Shown piece after piece: positions 61,233-64,000 of a DNA stretch of 64,000 bases (positions within the stretch are counted from its first letter, which is position 1; every line of letters begins with the position of its first letter). The notes beneath the pieces were generated by a model that did not search any database, was not told the DNA's origin, and was given only the letters and a program-made list of their open reading frames with translations. The stretch is taken from assembly GCA_913060875.1 (NCBI GenBank), contig CAJXSL010000008.1, positions 18,807 to 82,806 of the forward strand, in the 5' to 3' direction. The position numbers were made by a program, and so were the translations under genes. Source of the DNA: an uncultured Desulfobacteraceae bacterium (GTDB lineage: Bacteria; Desulfobacterota; Desulfobacteria; Desulfobacterales; UBA5852).

Positions 61233-61919
61233 ATGACAGGCAAGAAAATGGTCAACACTTATCTTTATACACGCTACGAACGCTTCTGGCACTGGCTGCA
61301 AACCACCCTGATCACCATTCTGCTGGTGACCGGCTTTGAGGTGGACGGCCTCTACACGCTGATGGGATATGGAACAGCGGTCGAAGTCCATAATTTTGTC
61401 GGGCTGACCTGGCTGATCGCTTTCGCTTTCTTTGTTTTCTGGCTTCTGACGACCGGTGAATGGAAGCAATACGTGCCCACCACGAAAAAGATGTTTACCG
61501 TCATTCACTATTACATGATCGGTATCTTCCGCGGCGATCCGCACCCGGTGCCCAAACGCAAGGAGGCCAAGCACAACCCCCTGCAGCGGATCGCCTACCT
61601 GTCCGTGGCGGCCTTCCTGCTGCCGATCCAGATGATTTCCGGATTTCTTTACTGGGGTTACAATTCCTGGGCGGCCTGGGGCCTGGACTGGTTGAGCCTG
61701 CCGGTGGTCGCGGCCATTCATATCCTGGGGGCCTTCGGCGTGCTCAGTTTCCTGGTCGGGCATGTTTACATGACTACCACGGGCCACACCCTTTTCGCCC
61801 ACATCCGGGCCATGATCACCGGCTGGGAGGAGATTCAGGAAGGGGTCGAGCTGGAGGATTGGGAAAAACGTCAACGCAAGGGCCGCAAGGCCGGCGAACC
61901 GGAAGCGCCTTCGGCCTGA
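61233..61919 (+). CDS. Cytochrome b subunit (PhsC/HyaC-like membrane anchor)
   Basis: ERFWHW, EVHN, HNPLQR, IHIL..GHVY heme-ligand His residues; four TM. Confidence 0.9.
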   Translation: MTGKKMVNTYLYTRYERFWHWLQTTLITILLVTGFEVDGLYTLMGYGTAVEVHNFVGLTWLIAFAFFVFWLLTTGEWKQYVPTTKKMFTVIHYYMIGIFRGDPHPVPKRKEAKHNPLQRIAYLSVAAFLLPIQMISGFLYWGYNSWAAWGLDWLSLPVVAAIHILGAFGVLSFLVGHVYMTTTGHTLFAHIRAMITGWEEIQEGVELEDWEKRQRKGRKAGEPEAPSA

Positions 61920-61968
61920 TTTGCGCTTCCTGCCTTTCCACTAGCATATCCGCTTGTCACAACCCTCG

Positions 61969-62007
61969 GCAGGCAGCGCCGCAACCAGCGGCTCTGCCTG
62001 CTTTTTT
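61969..62007 (+). terminator. Rho-independent terminator
   Basis: GCAGGCAGCGCCGC..GCGGCTCTGCCTGC followed by T6. Confidence 0.75.
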
Positions 62008-62118
62008 GGGTCCCTTTGATGCCGGCCCCTTTGCTTCCTGCAATTGATGCTTACCATGTTCGTTACGCTAGTCAAAAACGCGGTCCAATCGTGAATGAAT
62101 TCATTTGGAGGTGATCGT

Positions 62119-62949
62119 ATGTGGGAATATACGGACAAGGTCAAAGAGCATTTTCTCAACCCGCGTAATGTGGGGGCCATCGAGAATGCGGATGGCGTGG
62201 GTGAGGTCGGCTCACTGGCCTGCGGCGATGCTTTGACCCTTTATTTTAAGCTGGATGGTGATGGGCGCATCCAGGATGCTAAATTTCTGACATTCGGCTG
62301 CGCCAGCGCCATTGCCTCGTCTTCGGCCCTGACCGAGATGATTATCGGCAAGACTCTGGAAGAGGCCGAGAAAATCACCAATGAAGATATTGCCGATTTC
62401 CTGGGGGATCTGCCCAAGGAAAAAATGCACTGTTCCGTCATGGGCAAAGAAGCCCTGGACAAGGCCATTGCCCACTACCGCGGGGAGGCGGCCAGGGCGC
62501 CGGACGGCAACATCGTCTGCGAATGTTTCGGTATCACGGACCGGGAAATTGAAAAAACCATCCGGGAGCACCGCCTCACGTCCATCGAGGATGTCACCGG
62601 CTATCTCAAGGCCGGCGGCGGCTGCGGGAAATGCCATGACAACATCCAGCAGATTATGGATCATGTTTTCGGCCAGCCGGTCAGCATTCAACCCCAGGCG
62701 AAAAAAATGACCAATATCCAGAAAATTCGCCTGATCGAAGAGACCCTGGAGCGGGAGATCAAACCGGCCCTGCATCAGGATGGCGGGGATATCGAGCTGG
62801 TGGATGTCGACGGCGTGCGGGTCATGGTCAAGCTGCGCGGGACCTGTGCCGGTTGCAGCGCGGCCCAGGTTACCCTCAAAAACGTGGTGGAAGCCAAACT
62901 GCGCGAACTGGTCACTACGGATCTTGTGGTCGAGGAGGTGCGGGCATGA
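62119..62949 (+). CDS. nifU: Fe-S cluster scaffold NifU
   Basis: MWEYTDKV; CGD, FGC, KMHC; CECF..GCGKC; DGGD..CAGC (three-domain NifU). Confidence 0.95.
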   Translation: MWEYTDKVKEHFLNPRNVGAIENADGVGEVGSLACGDALTLYFKLDGDGRIQDAKFLTFGCASAIASSSALTEMIIGKTLEEAEKITNEDIADFLGDLPKEKMHCSVMGKEALDKAIAHYRGEAARAPDGNIVCECFGITDREIEKTIREHRLTSIEDVTGYLKAGGGCGKCHDNIQQIMDHVFGQPVSIQPQAKKMTNIQKIRLIEETLEREIKPALHQDGGDIELVDVDGVRVMVKLRGTCAGCSAAQVTLKNVVEAKLRELVTTDLVVEEVRA

Positions 62950-64000
62950 AAACCGTCTACGTGGACAACAATGCGACGACCCAGGCCGCGCCGGAAGTGG
63001 TGGACGCCATGCTGCCTTTTTTCACGGAACGCTACGGCAATGCTTCCAGCATGCATAGCTTTGGTGGAGGGTTGATCGTCGATATCCGCCGGGCCCGCGC
63101 CCGGGTGGCGGATCTGATTGGGGCCCGGCCCGACGAAATTCTTTTCACCAGCGGAGGGACGGAGAGCGACGCCACGGCCATTCATGCCGCGTTGCAGTCC
63201 AATCCGGGCAAACGCCATATCGTCACGACCCGGGTGGAGCATCCGGCCATCAAAAATCTCTTCGAGCAGTATGGCCAAAACGGATACCGGGTGACCGTCG
63301 TCCCGGTGGATGGTCAAGGACGGTTGGATCAGGAGACCCTTCTGAAGAGTTTGGATGATGATACGGCCATCGTGAGCATCATGTGGGCCAACAACGAGAC
63401 CGGTGTCATCAACCCCATGGACGACCTGGCAAGGGAAATCCGTTCGCGCGGCATCCTTTTTCATACCGACGCTGTCCAGGCCGTGGGCAAACTGCCCATC
63501 GACGTCGGCCGCACCAAGGTCGACCTGTTGTCCATGTCGGCCCATAAATTTCATGGCCCCAAGGGCATCGGCGCCCTTTACATCCGCAAAGGGACCAAGT
63601 TCAAACCCCTGGTGGTCGGGGGGCACCAGGAAGCGGGCCGGCGGGCCGGCACCGAAAATGTGCCCGGTATCGTGGGGATGGGCAAAGCCTGTGAACTGGC
63701 GGGGCAGCATCTTGAGGATGTGGGCACCCGTGTGCGCCGTTTGCGGGACAAACTTGAACAGTCCCTGCTGCGGGCCGTGCCCCGGTCCATGGCAAACGGG
63801 GGGCAGTCGGACCGCCTGCCGAACACCAGCAGTATTGCTTTCGAATATGTGGAAGGTGAAGCGATTCTTCTGCTGATGAACGAGCACGGGATTTGTGCAT
63901 CTTCCGGGTCGGCCTGCACCTCCGGATCACTGGAGCCTTCCCATGTGTTGCGCGCCATGGGGGTGCCCTTTACGGCGGCGCATGGTTCCATCCGCTACAG
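62946..64000 (+). CDS. nifS: Cysteine desulfurase NifS (3' end truncated by the window)
   Basis: YVDNNATT, FTSGGTE, HTDAVQ, SAHKFHGPKG, SSGSACTS; missing from the ORF track because there is no stop in the window. Confidence 0.95.
   Translation, partial: MKTVYVDNNATTQAAPEVVDAMLPFFTERYGNASSMHSFGGGLIVDIRRARARVADLIGARPDEILFTSGGTESDATAIHAALQSNPGKRHIVTTRVEHPAIKNLFEQYGQNGYRVTVVPVDGQGRLDQETLLKSLDDDTAIVSIMWANNETGVINPMDDLAREIRSRGILFHTDAVQAVGKLPIDVGRTKVDLLSMSAHKFHGPKGIGALYIRKGTKFKPLVVGGHQEAGRRAGTENVPGIVGMGKACELAGQHLEDVGTRVRRLRDKLEQSLLRAVPRSMANGGQSDRLPNTSSIAFEYVEGEAILLLMNEHGICASSGSACTSGSLEPSHVLRAMGVPFTAAHGSIRY

Overview
A 64-kb, GC-rich, gene-dense chromosomal segment. Gene content suggests an anaerobic Desulfobacterota (Desulfobacterales-like) organism, which is an inference. 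In order it carries: a GNAT, a CoA-transferase and a YbhB-like gene; an AT-rich ECF-sigma/iron-sulfur flavoprotein islet; lpdA with gcvT-H-PA-PB, a hydrolase and Lrp; a HerA-like ATPase; an OYE-USP fusion; an M24 peptidase; a nuclease-helicase fusion; a GMP-reductase-like gene; a PAS hybrid kinase; a HypD-type glycyl radical enzyme with its activase; a TRAP transporter; three PEP-CTERM genes; a PilB/GspE ATPase with MshEN repeats plus an HDOD gene; an AapJQMP ABC transporter; a NosL/ABC/Cys-rich membrane cluster; ubiE and ubiA-like genes; and a sulfur module (cysE, cysK, sigma54 activator, octaheme cytochrome, cytochrome b, nifU, nifS). Top findings: (1) the octaheme cytochrome gene has an in-frame TGA exactly at a family-conserved Cys, followed by a SECIS-like hairpin, so it is probably a selenocysteine-containing octaheme cytochrome; (2) all three PEP-CTERM genes have sigma54 -24/-12 promoters, two are directly followed by c-di-GMP-I riboswitches, and they sit next to an MshEN (c-di-GMP-binding) ATPase; (3) several small non-autonomous structured repeats or MITEs, one nested inside another. 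No rRNA, tRNA, CRISPR array or transposase was seen. All family calls come from motif recognition by eye, with no database searches.
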